A stretch of 56,788 bases of DNA, taken from assembly GCA_051532055.1 (NCBI GenBank), contig JAOPTX010000014.1, positions 1 to 56,788 on the forward strand, read 5' to 3'. The stretch's first letter is position 1. Each line of letters begins with the position of its first letter. The notes under the pieces were generated by a model, which saw only the letters and a program-made list of their open reading frames with translations, was not told the DNA's origin and did not search any database. Made by a program: the position numbers and the translations under genes. This document shows positions 10,719-20,927 of this stretch, piece after piece. This stretch comes from Fibrobacterales bacterium (GTDB lineage Bacteria > Fibrobacterota > Fibrobacteria > Fibrobacterales > JAOPTW01).

Positions 10719-12449
10719 CTACAACGAATTAAGAAATGCATCAGTATCAGAAATACGTTTTTCCACATAAGACTTAAATCCTGATACACCCGTTGAAAAC
10801 GATGTTGTCGACGCAAGTAATGTATATCCTAGTTGTTCGGCATCGGCACCAGTCACAAACGGTGCTATCATCGATTCTAATTCAGTAATACGAGAAAGTA
10901 TATCACTGGTATAGGCCGTCTCTCTAAAGTCAGTTATAAAACCCGTATACACATCATAATAGTCTGGATCACCCAACAGATACGGTATCAAAGGCCAACT
11001 TTCATTTTGATCACTGTGATCAAAAGTCCCCGCTGATGCGGCGCCACGCCCGCCGGTAGTAAATGCCTCATTATTATCCCAAGGAATCCAGGTAAGAGTA
11101 TTACTTTCAGGATCATTATATAAGTAGTAGTTATGTGTCATGGCTCCATAAGTATCCCAGTTATTAAGGACGGTATTGTGTGCCAACCATCTCAGAAATG
11201 CTGGCACATTCAATACACTTTCAAGGTGCGATTTCCATGTACTAAGATCTGATGTTCTCGAAGAGCTGTGTAATACAGAATACAGAGTTTCAACATCACT
11301 CCAATCAGCCTCTTCCTCATTAGTCTTTTTCTCAAAATGTTCAGTGGTATAACTCCCCTCAGCAAATGAGGCTCCATCACCATCGGGTTTATAACAGTTA
11401 CCCGATTTTGATCCGAACCAATCCTTGAGGAACGTATCGTCTACTACTTCTATACCCGTATACAGACCAAAATACTTTGCTCCTTCGCCATAATCAATAT
11501 AGACTCGATAGAAAGCTGCCCTCGGGGAAGGGGTACCACCCTGCTGAAAAAGCTCGCCCGCTACTTTCTCATGCATCATCGAGTCATCTTTATAATTACT
11601 GCCAAGTGAGAGTTTTTTAAACCCATAAAACCGTTGATTCTTCACTTCTGGATACTCGCTTTCAAATTCATCAAAATCTAGTTTCAGAGGTATTTTATAG
11701 GACCCGCTTTTCCATGCCCCAGACAGCGTAGAATTTCCTTTAAAGCGAATTCCTACATAATTCCATTCAAGCCCATCAAAAGCAACCGTTGAAGGAACGA
11801 ATATTGGATCCTCATCAGAAAAACCACCCCCTCCACCACCCGGACCACCAAATCCTCCACTTCCTCCAAATGCACCATAGAGCGCGGTCATGTCATCCAT
11901 CATAGCATCCCAGTTTTCTGCAGTAATGGTTACATCAATTCGGTTGACTTCCTCTTGTGGAAAAACCACTTCATAATTGGGAGTACCTGACTTCTCGTGA
12001 GTTTCAGCTGTCCAGCCATCGGGCCGATCTATTTCTTCCTGTTCATTTGAATTAGAGCTTTGCTCATTTGAACTCGTTACCCGCTGTACTGAACTATTTC
12101 CCTCTTCCTGAGAGCTCATAGTGGTCGATGGAGCAAATTCAACATTTGATGAATGCGCACTTTCCATTTGCGAACTCGATATAGCTCCTGGACTATGGGC
12201 CCTTGAGCCTCCTATACTTGACCCAACCATACCGTAACTACTCCTTGATTGTTCTTCATTTGCCATGCTTGCATTACTCGACATGGCCTCAGCTGTCAAA
12301 GAGTCTATATCTGAGCTACTTTCACCTTTTCCAATAGGAGCCATATCACTTGAAAGAGCATCGGTAGATGGTGTATTCACTCTTGTACAGCCAATTATAA
12401 AAGTAACACCTATGAATAGACTGTAATAAAAAGCTTTTGAATATCTCAT
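10719..12449 (-). CDS. CotH kinase family lipoprotein with Ser-rich linker
   Basis: VGIRFKGNST, KIPLKLDF, GLYTGIE, NNWDTY...HNYYLY, IPWDNN; lipobox IIGC; Gly-rich insert. Confidence 0.9.
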   Translation of the reverse strand: MRYSKAFYYSLFIGVTFIIGCTRVNTPSTDALSSDMAPIGKGESSSDIDSLTAEAMSSNASMANEEQSRSSYGMVGSSIGGSRAHSPGAISSSQMESAHSSNVEFAPSTTMSSQEEGNSSVQRVTSSNEQSSNSNEQEEIDRPDGWTAETHEKSGTPNYEVVFPQEEVNRIDVTITAENWDAMMDDMTALYGAFGGSGGFGGPGGGGGGFSDEDPIFVPSTVAFDGLEWNYVGIRFKGNSTLSGAWKSGSYKIPLKLDFDEFESEYPEVKNQRFYGFKKLSLGSNYKDDSMMHEKVAGELFQQGGTPSPRAAFYRVYIDYGEGAKYFGLYTGIEVVDDTFLKDWFGSKSGNCYKPDGDGASFAEGSYTTEHFEKKTNEEEADWSDVETLYSVLHSSSRTSDLSTWKSHLESVLNVPAFLRWLAHNTVLNNWDTYGAMTHNYYLYNDPESNTLTWIPWDNNEAFTTGGRGAASAGTFDHSDQNESWPLIPYLLGDPDYYDVYTGFITDFRETAYTSDILSRITELESMIAPFVTGADAEQLGYTLLASTTSFSTGVSGFKSYVEKRISDTDAFLNSL

Positions 12450-12856
12450 AATAATCTCATTTATAAGGCAGCTTACCAGTACATAATACTTTAATTAGCA
12501 GTCACCAGTTTATGTAGTGTAAATATACCCACAAATTTGTGCCAATTTTTGGCATCTATGCTCTTTGCGCTCTCTGTTAGAGAGCAGTATCGCCTGATTC
12601 TCAATTTCACTTACCAATGACACTCACAGAGACTCCAAATGTTAAAATGCCTACTATAAGATGAGAACAAATGAGAACAGATTGCAACAAAGAGCACCGA
12701 CACTTCACCCGTTCACTCCAAGTATCAGGTCCAAAATTTCTATATTGACCCAATACAACACACACTAAAATCACATCGTAATATACACAGCGCCATTTAC
12801 TTATTCTCATAAGGCGCTCACCTCTTTGCCTAGTGATATTACGATTTGGGGATCAT

Positions 12857-15800
12857 ATGCTTATACTTACACAGAAACGGTATGTTACTCTATGTTTCAT
12901 GGTTCTTATTGTTAATCTGACTTCTACGTATGCAAATGAAAATCTGTTTCAACTGAAAGACACCCTCGACAGCTATACCCTTTCATTCACCTTACCTCCT
13001 TTTTCTATTGAAACCATCAATGATGAAATAACTCAGTATAATAGAATAAAAGCTCCTGGATTATTTCCTGGGGGTGAATCAGGTCGCCCTCAACTCCCTA
13101 TGACCTCCTTCAACCTGCAGATTCCCACACCACAGTTGTTGGAGCCCCCAAAGGCATCGGTAACAAAAACATATACCAGAAAAATATTCCTTACTCATCA
13201 TCTCTTACCCAACCAAAAACCTTTACTGACAAACGATACTCATACACAGTCCTCACTATTTTTTGATAGTGTATACTACTCAACAACCTCCCCTTTTCAA
13301 AGCTCTCAATTAGTCTCCTTTTCAGATCCTTATTCAGCGGTAGGCACTCATGGCATTACTGCATTTATTCACCCCTTCAGTTATGATCCTCACAATAAAT
13401 GCTTAACGGTAGTTGATAGTTTTTCGGTCTCCATTTCAAACCTCGAAAAAAGAGCCCCTCAAAGAAGCCCATCTCATTTAGCACAACCCCTCAAAAGCCT
13501 CTATCTCAACACTCTCCACTCTCCAAAATCAGAGTTTGAATCATTCGGCATTGCCCCCATTCAAGAAGCACCGACATCCGAAAGTAATTACCTCATTATC
13601 ACCCCACTCAAATATCTTGACACCCTCATGAGATTCGTGGACTACAAAGACTCTACAGGATATACAATCACATGGGCAACAACCGAGGCAATTGGACAGA
13701 GTACCGGAGAAATTAAAACCTTTATCCAAGCTCAATATGACACTCCTTCCACACGTCCAATCTATTTACTCTTGGTAGGTGATGCTGATGATATTCCCGC
13801 CTGGTTCAATCCCACCACTGATGACACCCCCGAGACCGACCTTTACTACAGTACTCTAGAAGGAACCGATAGTTTACCCGACCTTTTTATGGGTAGGTTT
13901 GCAATATCTAACACCACTGAATTAAGCAATCTCATTGAAAAAACAATTTTTATGGATCAACACCTTTCTACAATACCCAAAAAAACATCCTTCGTCGCCA
14001 CCTTTGACAAGCAAATGAATTATATGACAGGCAACGTTAACTATGTTGACGTTGAAAACACCCATAATGAGGTAATAGATAATATTATTCCCCCTGATTA
14101 TCAGAGTAATAAACGGTACATTCGAGAGGGGGCTCGAGGAGCTGATTTAATAAATGACATTAACTCAGGAATTGCAATCGCCCTCTATTCAGGTCATGGA
14201 AGTCCAACCTACTTAAGTGATAATGCCTTTGTTTTAAATAACAATAATGTAAGAAGTGCGAGCAACACAACAAGTTATCCTCTCATACTTTCTCTTGCAT
14301 GTAATGCAGCAAAATTTACCGAAACTCTCTCCCTCGCAGAGATGTGGATTCGCGGCGAATGGGGAGCAAGTGCATTTTTTGGGGCATCAGCCCCTTCATA
14401 TTTTGGATATGACGACACCTTTGAGAAACAGTTATTTACCAATTTGTTTAGTGATCAATCACAAAATAGAATAGGAATTTTTACTACACTCGGAAAAATA
14501 AATTTTTACACTACTACACCACAATTAAAGGTAAGACAACGATATCTTGAAATCTACAACACCTTTGGTGATCCCTCCTTAGCAGTGACGCAAAACCAGA
14601 GTAACACCATTCATTATTATGCAACATACATATCTGGTGATGACCATGGAAACAAAAACGGCATTCTCAACCCTGGCGACACTGCAGATGTTTCTATCTC
14701 ACTAAAAAACTTAAGCCTTTATGACCAAAGTAATGTATATGCAAGGATGAGCACCACCACACCGGGAATTAATATACTTACCGACACTTCCCACTTTGCA
14801 CATCTGGCTAATGGATCTATAACGGAGTCCGACACTCCTTTTACTATTTCTGTTCTGAATACTGTGCTCACACCATCTGAAATTCAGTTTGAACTCTATC
14901 TGACCGATAGTATTTCATTTAACGACACCCTTACCTTTACCACCACTGTTTACGCTTCTTCAACTATACAAGGAACAATATATGCCCAAGGAGACCAAGC
15001 ACCCCTCACCAATTGGACCGTTTACTTTTCAGGACCAACATCAGGTACAACACAAACTAACAACTTAGGAAAGTATACGATTCATGCCATTAATGGCGAA
15101 TACGAGATCCAAGTACTGAACGACCAGCATTACTCAAGTGACACAAAATCAGTGACTATCCCCTTGGGGACCCCCACTGAAACAAACGGTATTGATATCT
15201 ATGTACAGAAAGCTCAACTAACACCTTCACACGCTGCAATAGTTACCACCGTGAGCCCCCATTCAATTCTCACTATCCCCACTACCATAACAAATACAGG
15301 TGAAAACCCTCTTTCCCTCTCCCTTTCTAAAAATGACAACGTATTTCCATCAGAAAGAGTTTGCACAAAAGAGGCCGACAATTACTGTGCAATTGAGTCA
15401 CAATCTTCATTTATTTGGAATGATATAAAAAGGTATGGAACGGTACTGACCTCCCTTGAAGACTGTATCTCCTGTGATACACTCATCCCTCTTCCCTTTA
15501 CCTTTAGATTCTATGACAACTACTATGATTCAGTTTACGTTATGCCATCGGGCCTCATATCATTCTCACCTTTCCAAAAATACTACACCTCCACAATTTG
15601 TGATTTCTCAGCCCAAACGGCAGGAACCGTACAAAATGTCATTGCCCCATTCTTTGCGCCAATCATCGACCACCACACTGGAGCGCCCGGCATCTACTAT
15701 TACAGTGATACAACTCAATTTGTAATACAATATGATAGTGTCTCGATAGATGGAGATCCCACCGCAACCTACACATTTCAATCGATACTGTTCCCTAATG

Positions 15801-17065
15801 GTATTATTGAGTACCGATATAAAGAAATTGCCGGGCCAACAAATAGAGCATCCATTGGTATACAAAACAGCGATTACACACAAGGTCTCTCTATTGGATA
15901 CGAAGAGGCTTCTTTGCCAACAAACAATAGTTCTTTTACAATATACCCTCCTCAGCAATTGTTACAATTTAGGAACCTCGATACAACCCTTTCAGTATTT
16001 GACTCCTATACCCTCACAACTCCTATCACTCCACTTCACTTCCCCTCAAATATTCAGACTGATACCCTCTACATAACCCATAATGACCCAGAACAAGAGA
16101 ATCCTCTTCCTTTACCCTTTTCCGTTTTAATAATTCCTGACATAATCACACTCTCTCAATCATCATTAAAATTCAACCCTATTCAAGTTACAGAATTTTC
16201 AGAATTGGCGAACACTATTGTTAATAGCTACTCAGAAGAGATCGAAATTAGTTCAATACACTCGGATAATCCGTTGTTTTACGTTACCCATACCGGATCT
16301 CAATTACTTATCCCTCAGGGCGCGTCCCCATTTTCTGTGACATTCAATCCAGTGACAGAGGGCTACTTCTCAACAGTAATTACAATCACCGCAACTATAG
16401 TGTCATCAGGTATTCCTCTTTACTATACACTTACTGCATATGGATATGGTGTCGAAAATCGAGACATCGTACCGTCGCCAAGTGCAGTGTCCTTTGTTTC
16501 GACAGAGGCTGGCCATTCTGTAACAAACAATTTGAGCCTCTACAACCCTGGATCAGCAAACCTTACTATTGACTCCTTAGTACTGAGTAACAATCAATTT
16601 TCTGCAACAACCCAATCATATACTATTTCATCTCAGTCAGCATTACTCTTAGATGTCTCGTTTTCCCCTTCAACTTCTGGAGTATTTAAAGATACCCTTA
16701 CTGTTTATGGCGAGTGGAACAATCCTATCAAAATCCCATTGTCAGCCACAGGATATAGTAAACCACTCATTCAAATGAGCTTAGATACAATTACTGTTAC
16801 TCTGACCTCAGGGCCTCAAACTGAAGCATTCACAATAACCAATAGTCAAGGCGACATATTATCCTATGATATCTTTGACCTATTCTTACCTTCTTGGATG
16901 ACACTCAATGGCACCAATGGACAACTGAGGTCAAATGAAAGTGATAGAATTGATATTACTATCAATCCACTCCTTGTCCCATTAACTACTACTATTGACT
17001 CTCTTCAAATATACAGTAATTCTAACGAAGACTTTACACCAGTTTATTTGAAGTTCATTCGATAA
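12857..17065 (+). CDS. C25 (gingipain-like) cysteine peptidase with propeptide and multiple Ig-like / choice-of-anchor D-like domains
   Basis: Propeptide (GRPQLP), YLIIT, YLLLVGD, TDLYY, PDLFMGRF, catalytic LYSGHGS and LSLACN, YNTFGDPS. Start moved to ATG 12857 after a GGGGA SD. Confidence 0.9.
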   Translation: MLILTQKRYVTLCFMVLIVNLTSTYANENLFQLKDTLDSYTLSFTLPPFSIETINDEITQYNRIKAPGLFPGGESGRPQLPMTSFNLQIPTPQLLEPPKASVTKTYTRKIFLTHHLLPNQKPLLTNDTHTQSSLFFDSVYYSTTSPFQSSQLVSFSDPYSAVGTHGITAFIHPFSYDPHNKCLTVVDSFSVSISNLEKRAPQRSPSHLAQPLKSLYLNTLHSPKSEFESFGIAPIQEAPTSESNYLIITPLKYLDTLMRFVDYKDSTGYTITWATTEAIGQSTGEIKTFIQAQYDTPSTRPIYLLLVGDADDIPAWFNPTTDDTPETDLYYSTLEGTDSLPDLFMGRFAISNTTELSNLIEKTIFMDQHLSTIPKKTSFVATFDKQMNYMTGNVNYVDVENTHNEVIDNIIPPDYQSNKRYIREGARGADLINDINSGIAIALYSGHGSPTYLSDNAFVLNNNNVRSASNTTSYPLILSLACNAAKFTETLSLAEMWIRGEWGASAFFGASAPSYFGYDDTFEKQLFTNLFSDQSQNRIGIFTTLGKINFYTTTPQLKVRQRYLEIYNTFGDPSLAVTQNQSNTIHYYATYISGDDHGNKNGILNPGDTADVSISLKNLSLYDQSNVYARMSTTTPGINILTDTSHFAHLANGSITESDTPFTISVLNTVLTPSEIQFELYLTDSISFNDTLTFTTTVYASSTIQGTIYAQGDQAPLTNWTVYFSGPTSGTTQTNNLGKYTIHAINGEYEIQVLNDQHYSSDTKSVTIPLGTPTETNGIDIYVQKAQLTPSHAAIVTTVSPHSILTIPTTITNTGENPLSLSLSKNDNVFPSERVCTKEADNYCAIESQSSFIWNDIKRYGTVLTSLEDCISCDTLIPLPFTFRFYDNYYDSVYVMPSGLISFSPFQKYYTSTICDFSAQTAGTVQNVIAPFFAPIIDHHTGAPGIYYYSDTTQFVIQYDSVSIDGDPTATYTFQSILFPNGIIEYRYKEIAGPTNRASIGIQNSDYTQGLSIGYEEASLPTNNSSFTIYPPQQLLQFRNLDTTLSVFDSYTLTTPITPLHFPSNIQTDTLYITHNDPEQENPLPLPFSVLIIPDIITLSQSSLKFNPIQVTEFSELANTIVNSYSEEIEISSIHSDNPLFYVTHTGSQLLIPQGASPFSVTFNPVTEGYFSTVITITATIVSSGIPLYYTLTAYGYGVENRDIVPSPSAVSFVSTEAGHSVTNNLSLYNPGSANLTIDSLVLSNNQFSATTQSYTISSQSALLLDVSFSPSTSGVFKDTLTVYGEWNNPIKIPLSATGYSKPLIQMSLDTITVTLTSGPQTEAFTITNSQGDILSYDIFDLFLPSWMTLNGTNGQLRSNESDRIDITINPLLVPLTTTIDSLQIYSNSNEDFTPVYLKFIR

Positions 17066-17242
17066 CACCTGAGTGTAAATTAAGGTTGTGAGAAGAAGAG
17101 TCAATCTACGCATGATTGGGTATGTGATCCATCACCTGTCCCCAACAAACTCACTGACATGGTACATTCTCTAAGGCATATCCTCCATTACAGAATATTA
17201 CATTGAAAAGTACTGATCACCACATTATTTAATATTGAACAC

Positions 17243-17278
17243 AAGTAAACACCCCTATACATATAGGGGTGTTTACTT
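17243..17278. terminator. Long perfect inverted repeat between convergent genes
   Basis: AAGTAAACACCCCTATA-CA-TATAGGGGTGTTTACTT. Confidence 0.75.
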
Positions 17279-17297
17279 ATTTAATTGAGTAGTATCA

Positions 17298-17342
17298 GAA
17301 CAACTATACCCTTAGTATTAGCTACAAGAGGTATAATTGTTC
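17298..17342. terminator. Second, imperfect hairpin between convergent genes
   Basis: GAACAACTATACCCTT...AAGAGGTATAATTGTTC. Confidence 0.55.
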
Positions 17343-17353
17343 CATATCAGATA

Positions 17354-20300
17354 TTATCTCCACTCTATCGCGAGTAAGTTATCTACACGAACCCAAACGA
17401 TAGTTCCACCATTATTCTGGATGTAGTATGAACCATCAAGATTAGGCACACTCGAATTTTCGATAGTGAACATTGGGTTTTCTTCAGTAAAATTATGGAC
17501 CAATTCATCATGATAGTTATCAATAGGCACTCCACCAATATTTATAGAAAACTCGATTAATCGAGCAGCACCATTTTGTTCTATCCAATGGATATTAAAG
17601 CGCTCACCTCTATTAAAATCAGGTGTAATAACACCAGGCTCTGCATGAACATATGGCGCTTTATTAGGGAAATACCCATAAGCCAATGGTGAAGCATTAA
17701 ACATATCGAATTGCTCTCTCTGTCCACTCTGCTCAATTTCTTCACATTTGCCGACTGAAATATTTTTAACAACAGTACTTGATGAACCGCCTTCCTCAAT
17801 AACAACGTCTTGAGGGGCATTAGTTGTCCATTTAATCATAAACGTATTATCTGTACGGACCCAATACACTGTATTATCTGCCATTCTTAAGTAGTAGCGG
17901 CCTGCAAGATTATCTACTGCAGATTCTGAAATGGTAAACTCAGGATATTCAGTATTAAAATCGTAACTCAATCTCCCTTGATTTTTAAACCGCTCTAGAG
18001 CTGTTCCAAATTTTGATGGATTAAGATTCATCATGAACTGAACAACATAGCTATTATTTGAAATGTACTCAAAAGCAAATCGTGCATCACCATTTGATGT
18101 AAAGTTCGGAGCAATTGATGGGTCACCGCTGTGAACCACTTGAGGCCATAATCCTGATTTGAATTGGTAGCCAGTAACTGCACCGGGGTAGGGTGTGATA
18201 TAGTCATCTACAAAATTAGGCCCGACAACTACTGAACCAGTGCCATCTTCATCTAATTTTTCACCAACTGAAAGTGCATATACACCCATAGTGTTTTTGG
18301 TACTTCCAATTTCAACCACAAGTCCGTTTCTTACAAGTTCTTTTGGAATACTGAGGAGTGCATATCCATTATCAGCACAATCATAGTTTTTGTTAAATTC
18401 AGCTATAACGGTATTTCCATCCCACACACGGAGCACAAGGTCGATATTGTCAGATTTATGAGCAACTCGCACCATCATATCTTGAGATTCATCTACATTC
18501 GAAATCTCAAACCAATCAGTATCATCACCATCGATTTTTCCTGGAGTGATAATATTAGAAGCAGTAATCGATCTTGGATAATTCCCAATCTGATCATCAG
18601 CCACTACATTTTGAACCGTAAATGCTGTTTCAACTGAACGTGAGAAATTATAATTGAGAAAGCTTGAAGAACCATAAGGTCCGGCTATTCCAGAATTTTT
18701 AGAGAACACAGTCACTGTATACAAACCATCCATAGTATAATCGTTAAACTCATAAGAATAAACGCCATCTTGAGACATAAAATCCCCCATATATCCTTGG
18801 TCATTTAATGGGACAACAATCTCATTTCCATTAGGATCCACAACACGGGCCATCATATTTAAATTGGTCATATTTGAACTCGAAAAGAGCGCAGAGGTAA
18901 TTAACACAGGTTCTGGGTAGGTGTAGACCTCATGACCCGCAAGAGCTACTTGTACTGATGTTTTTAATAGTGCCGCAGGAGCAATAGCAACAGGGGTAAA
19001 GCTTGAAAAGACTGTTCGTGCTGTTTGTACAGTACCATCAATGTCTGCTGTATTCGTTGCGTATTTAATAGTGAGGGCAGCATCTGAACAACCCGAGATA
19101 TGAACAGACCACACTTTACTAAACTGAGCAGTAGCCACCTTACTTTTTTTAATATAATATCTGCTGGTATAATCAAATTCAGCCGTAGCAGCAGTATGTG
19201 TTATTTCATCAGCAGTAAAAACAAATTCCGTTGATGTATTATCAAACACTTGAGTTGTCGTTAACTCAGCTTGACATTTATTACTCACTTCCAGAAGCAA
19301 ATATTGAAAACTTTTAATTCTTGTTGGGAAAGTAAACGTAGCATTTCCCGAAACATCAAACTCAATATCTTTTTTTATAATTTGAATTTGAGCAGCCGCA
19401 TCATAAACCTGATTATAGAAATTTGTCATCTCAGCATCTTCTACCACGTCAGTACTAATGGTTGACACACCTTTTGATGCTGTTGACATTCTCTCCAGGT
19501 TTGCGACTGGAGCTCCAGTTCCATATGCTATCGTATGAAGGGGGATATCATTGTCATCATACTTTGTAGCTACATCAGTCTCACTATCATTAGGAATAGT
19601 TCCAGGATCGATATTTCCATAACAACCTGGGTTACTGGCAAATTCAGGCATATAATGATCACCATCTGATAATAGCACTGTATATTTAAAAGGAACCTCA
19701 GGATACTGTACAACGGCACTATAGGTATTTATTGAATCTACAGCCTCGATTGCAGCACCATATAGGTTAGTACAGAGTTCTGAATTAATAGTCTGTATTC
19801 CAGCATTAACTGTAGTTTTAGTAGTAGCATCATCGATTCGAGTTATGGTTACCACTTCATCAACGTCTGTATCAAAAGCTATCACTCCAATATGCGCTCG
19901 AGCATCTTCAGGCAGTGTATTTACGAATTTCTGTGCAGCATTTTTAGCATTCTCTAATTTTGTTGTACCCATAGATCCTGACTTATCAATCACCAATTCC
20001 GCTACAATCGCATTTGATCTCCACTCAATAGATAAAGCATCTGACCAAGCAGTAGAACCATTAGTAACAACCTTCATATGAGTAAATGATCCGTAGGTAT
20101 CTGTTGATACTGGAGCATAATTCTTTAAAGTAGGCCAAACAACCACTGGAATTTCTAGACCAATTGGAAAGTTATCCGTATGATCTAATAGCGTCTTGAG
20201 TGTACTCCATGAATTTTTTTTGTATACTCTACCCTGTGCATTCTCTTTTTTAAGACCGGTTCCTTCAAAATTCAAATATTCAAACTTGGTTATATTGCCA

Positions 20301-20875
20301 GAAGCATCGAGTGCTTTAAGAGGGTCAGAGGTTATTGAAAGAGCAATTTCAAAATCATTAAGGAGTGGTTCCCAATCAGCACCTCGTGTATTTATTGATG
20401 CCCGTTGACTCAAAATACTATAGGCATATTTAGCCCATTCGCTTGCAAGAATCAGTCCTAATTTTTTTGCGGTAACAACATCGGTTAATTCAATTGTTAC
20501 TTGATTAAATAAAGTCGTATCCCCCAATAGAATTTTCTTCGAGTTATCACCCCAACCACCTACATGACTGAATGCAGATTGGTTGGAACTCCATAATATA
20601 GAAGAGTGAGTTTGTGAATACCCCGATTGAAACACGCGAACTTTACCAATTATATGGGCACCATTCGTCATTTCATAGACAGCCTGTGCCCAAGTTTCAA
20701 GTGTCACTTCTAATAATGCTTTTTTTGCATCCGTTGGCTTATCATGAAGAGAGACCGCAACATCAAATTTGATCGTTCCATCACCGAGCATTTCGGTAGA
20801 ATTCCATGTGGTCTCAATTCCACTGTATACTGCTGATACTATTACGAAGAATGTAATAATTATATTTTTTAACAT
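17354..20875 (-). CDS. Secreted CLCA-like / VWA / choice-of-anchor X-like protein with duplicated C-terminal domain
   Basis: Signal peptide; CLCA-like N-terminus (YEMTNG..IGKVRVF; ASEWAKY at the HEXXH position); VWA MIDAS VIDKSGSM...LLSDG; LNDQG..GD...DGVYS; two ~130-aa repeats at the C-terminus. Confidence 0.8.
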   Translation of the reverse strand: MLKNIIITFFVIVSAVYSGIETTWNSTEMLGDGTIKFDVAVSLHDKPTDAKKALLEVTLETWAQAVYEMTNGAHIIGKVRVFQSGYSQTHSSILWSSNQSAFSHVGGWGDNSKKILLGDTTLFNQVTIELTDVVTAKKLGLILASEWAKYAYSILSQRASINTRGADWEPLLNDFEIALSITSDPLKALDASGNITKFEYLNFEGTGLKKENAQGRVYKKNSWSTLKTLLDHTDNFPIGLEIPVVVWPTLKNYAPVSTDTYGSFTHMKVVTNGSTAWSDALSIEWRSNAIVAELVIDKSGSMGTTKLENAKNAAQKFVNTLPEDARAHIGVIAFDTDVDEVVTITRIDDATTKTTVNAGIQTINSELCTNLYGAAIEAVDSINTYSAVVQYPEVPFKYTVLLSDGDHYMPEFASNPGCYGNIDPGTIPNDSETDVATKYDDNDIPLHTIAYGTGAPVANLERMSTASKGVSTISTDVVEDAEMTNFYNQVYDAAAQIQIIKKDIEFDVSGNATFTFPTRIKSFQYLLLEVSNKCQAELTTTQVFDNTSTEFVFTADEITHTAATAEFDYTSRYYIKKSKVATAQFSKVWSVHISGCSDAALTIKYATNTADIDGTVQTARTVFSSFTPVAIAPAALLKTSVQVALAGHEVYTYPEPVLITSALFSSSNMTNLNMMARVVDPNGNEIVVPLNDQGYMGDFMSQDGVYSYEFNDYTMDGLYTVTVFSKNSGIAGPYGSSSFLNYNFSRSVETAFTVQNVVADDQIGNYPRSITASNIITPGKIDGDDTDWFEISNVDESQDMMVRVAHKSDNIDLVLRVWDGNTVIAEFNKNYDCADNGYALLSIPKELVRNGLVVEIGSTKNTMGVYALSVGEKLDEDGTGSVVVGPNFVDDYITPYPGAVTGYQFKSGLWPQVVHSGDPSIAPNFTSNGDARFAFEYISNNSYVVQFMMNLNPSKFGTALERFKNQGRLSYDFNTEYPEFTISESAVDNLAGRYYLRMADNTVYWVRTDNTFMIKWTTNAPQDVVIEEGGSSSTVVKNISVGKCEEIEQSGQREQFDMFNASPLAYGYFPNKAPYVHAEPGVITPDFNRGERFNIHWIEQNGAARLIEFSINIGGVPIDNYHDELVHNFTEENPMFTIENSSVPNLDGSYYIQNNGGTIVWVRVDNLLAIEWR

Positions 20876-20927
20876 ATGTTTTCCTTTTAGTTTGTTGTTA
20901 ATAAGGGTTAGTTAGGATTATAAACTA

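Noticed and set aside
12520..12560. TGGCAC-containing sequence upstream of the CotH gene as a sigma54 promoter
   Set aside because: TGGCACAAATTTGTGG lacks the GG-N10-GC spacing.
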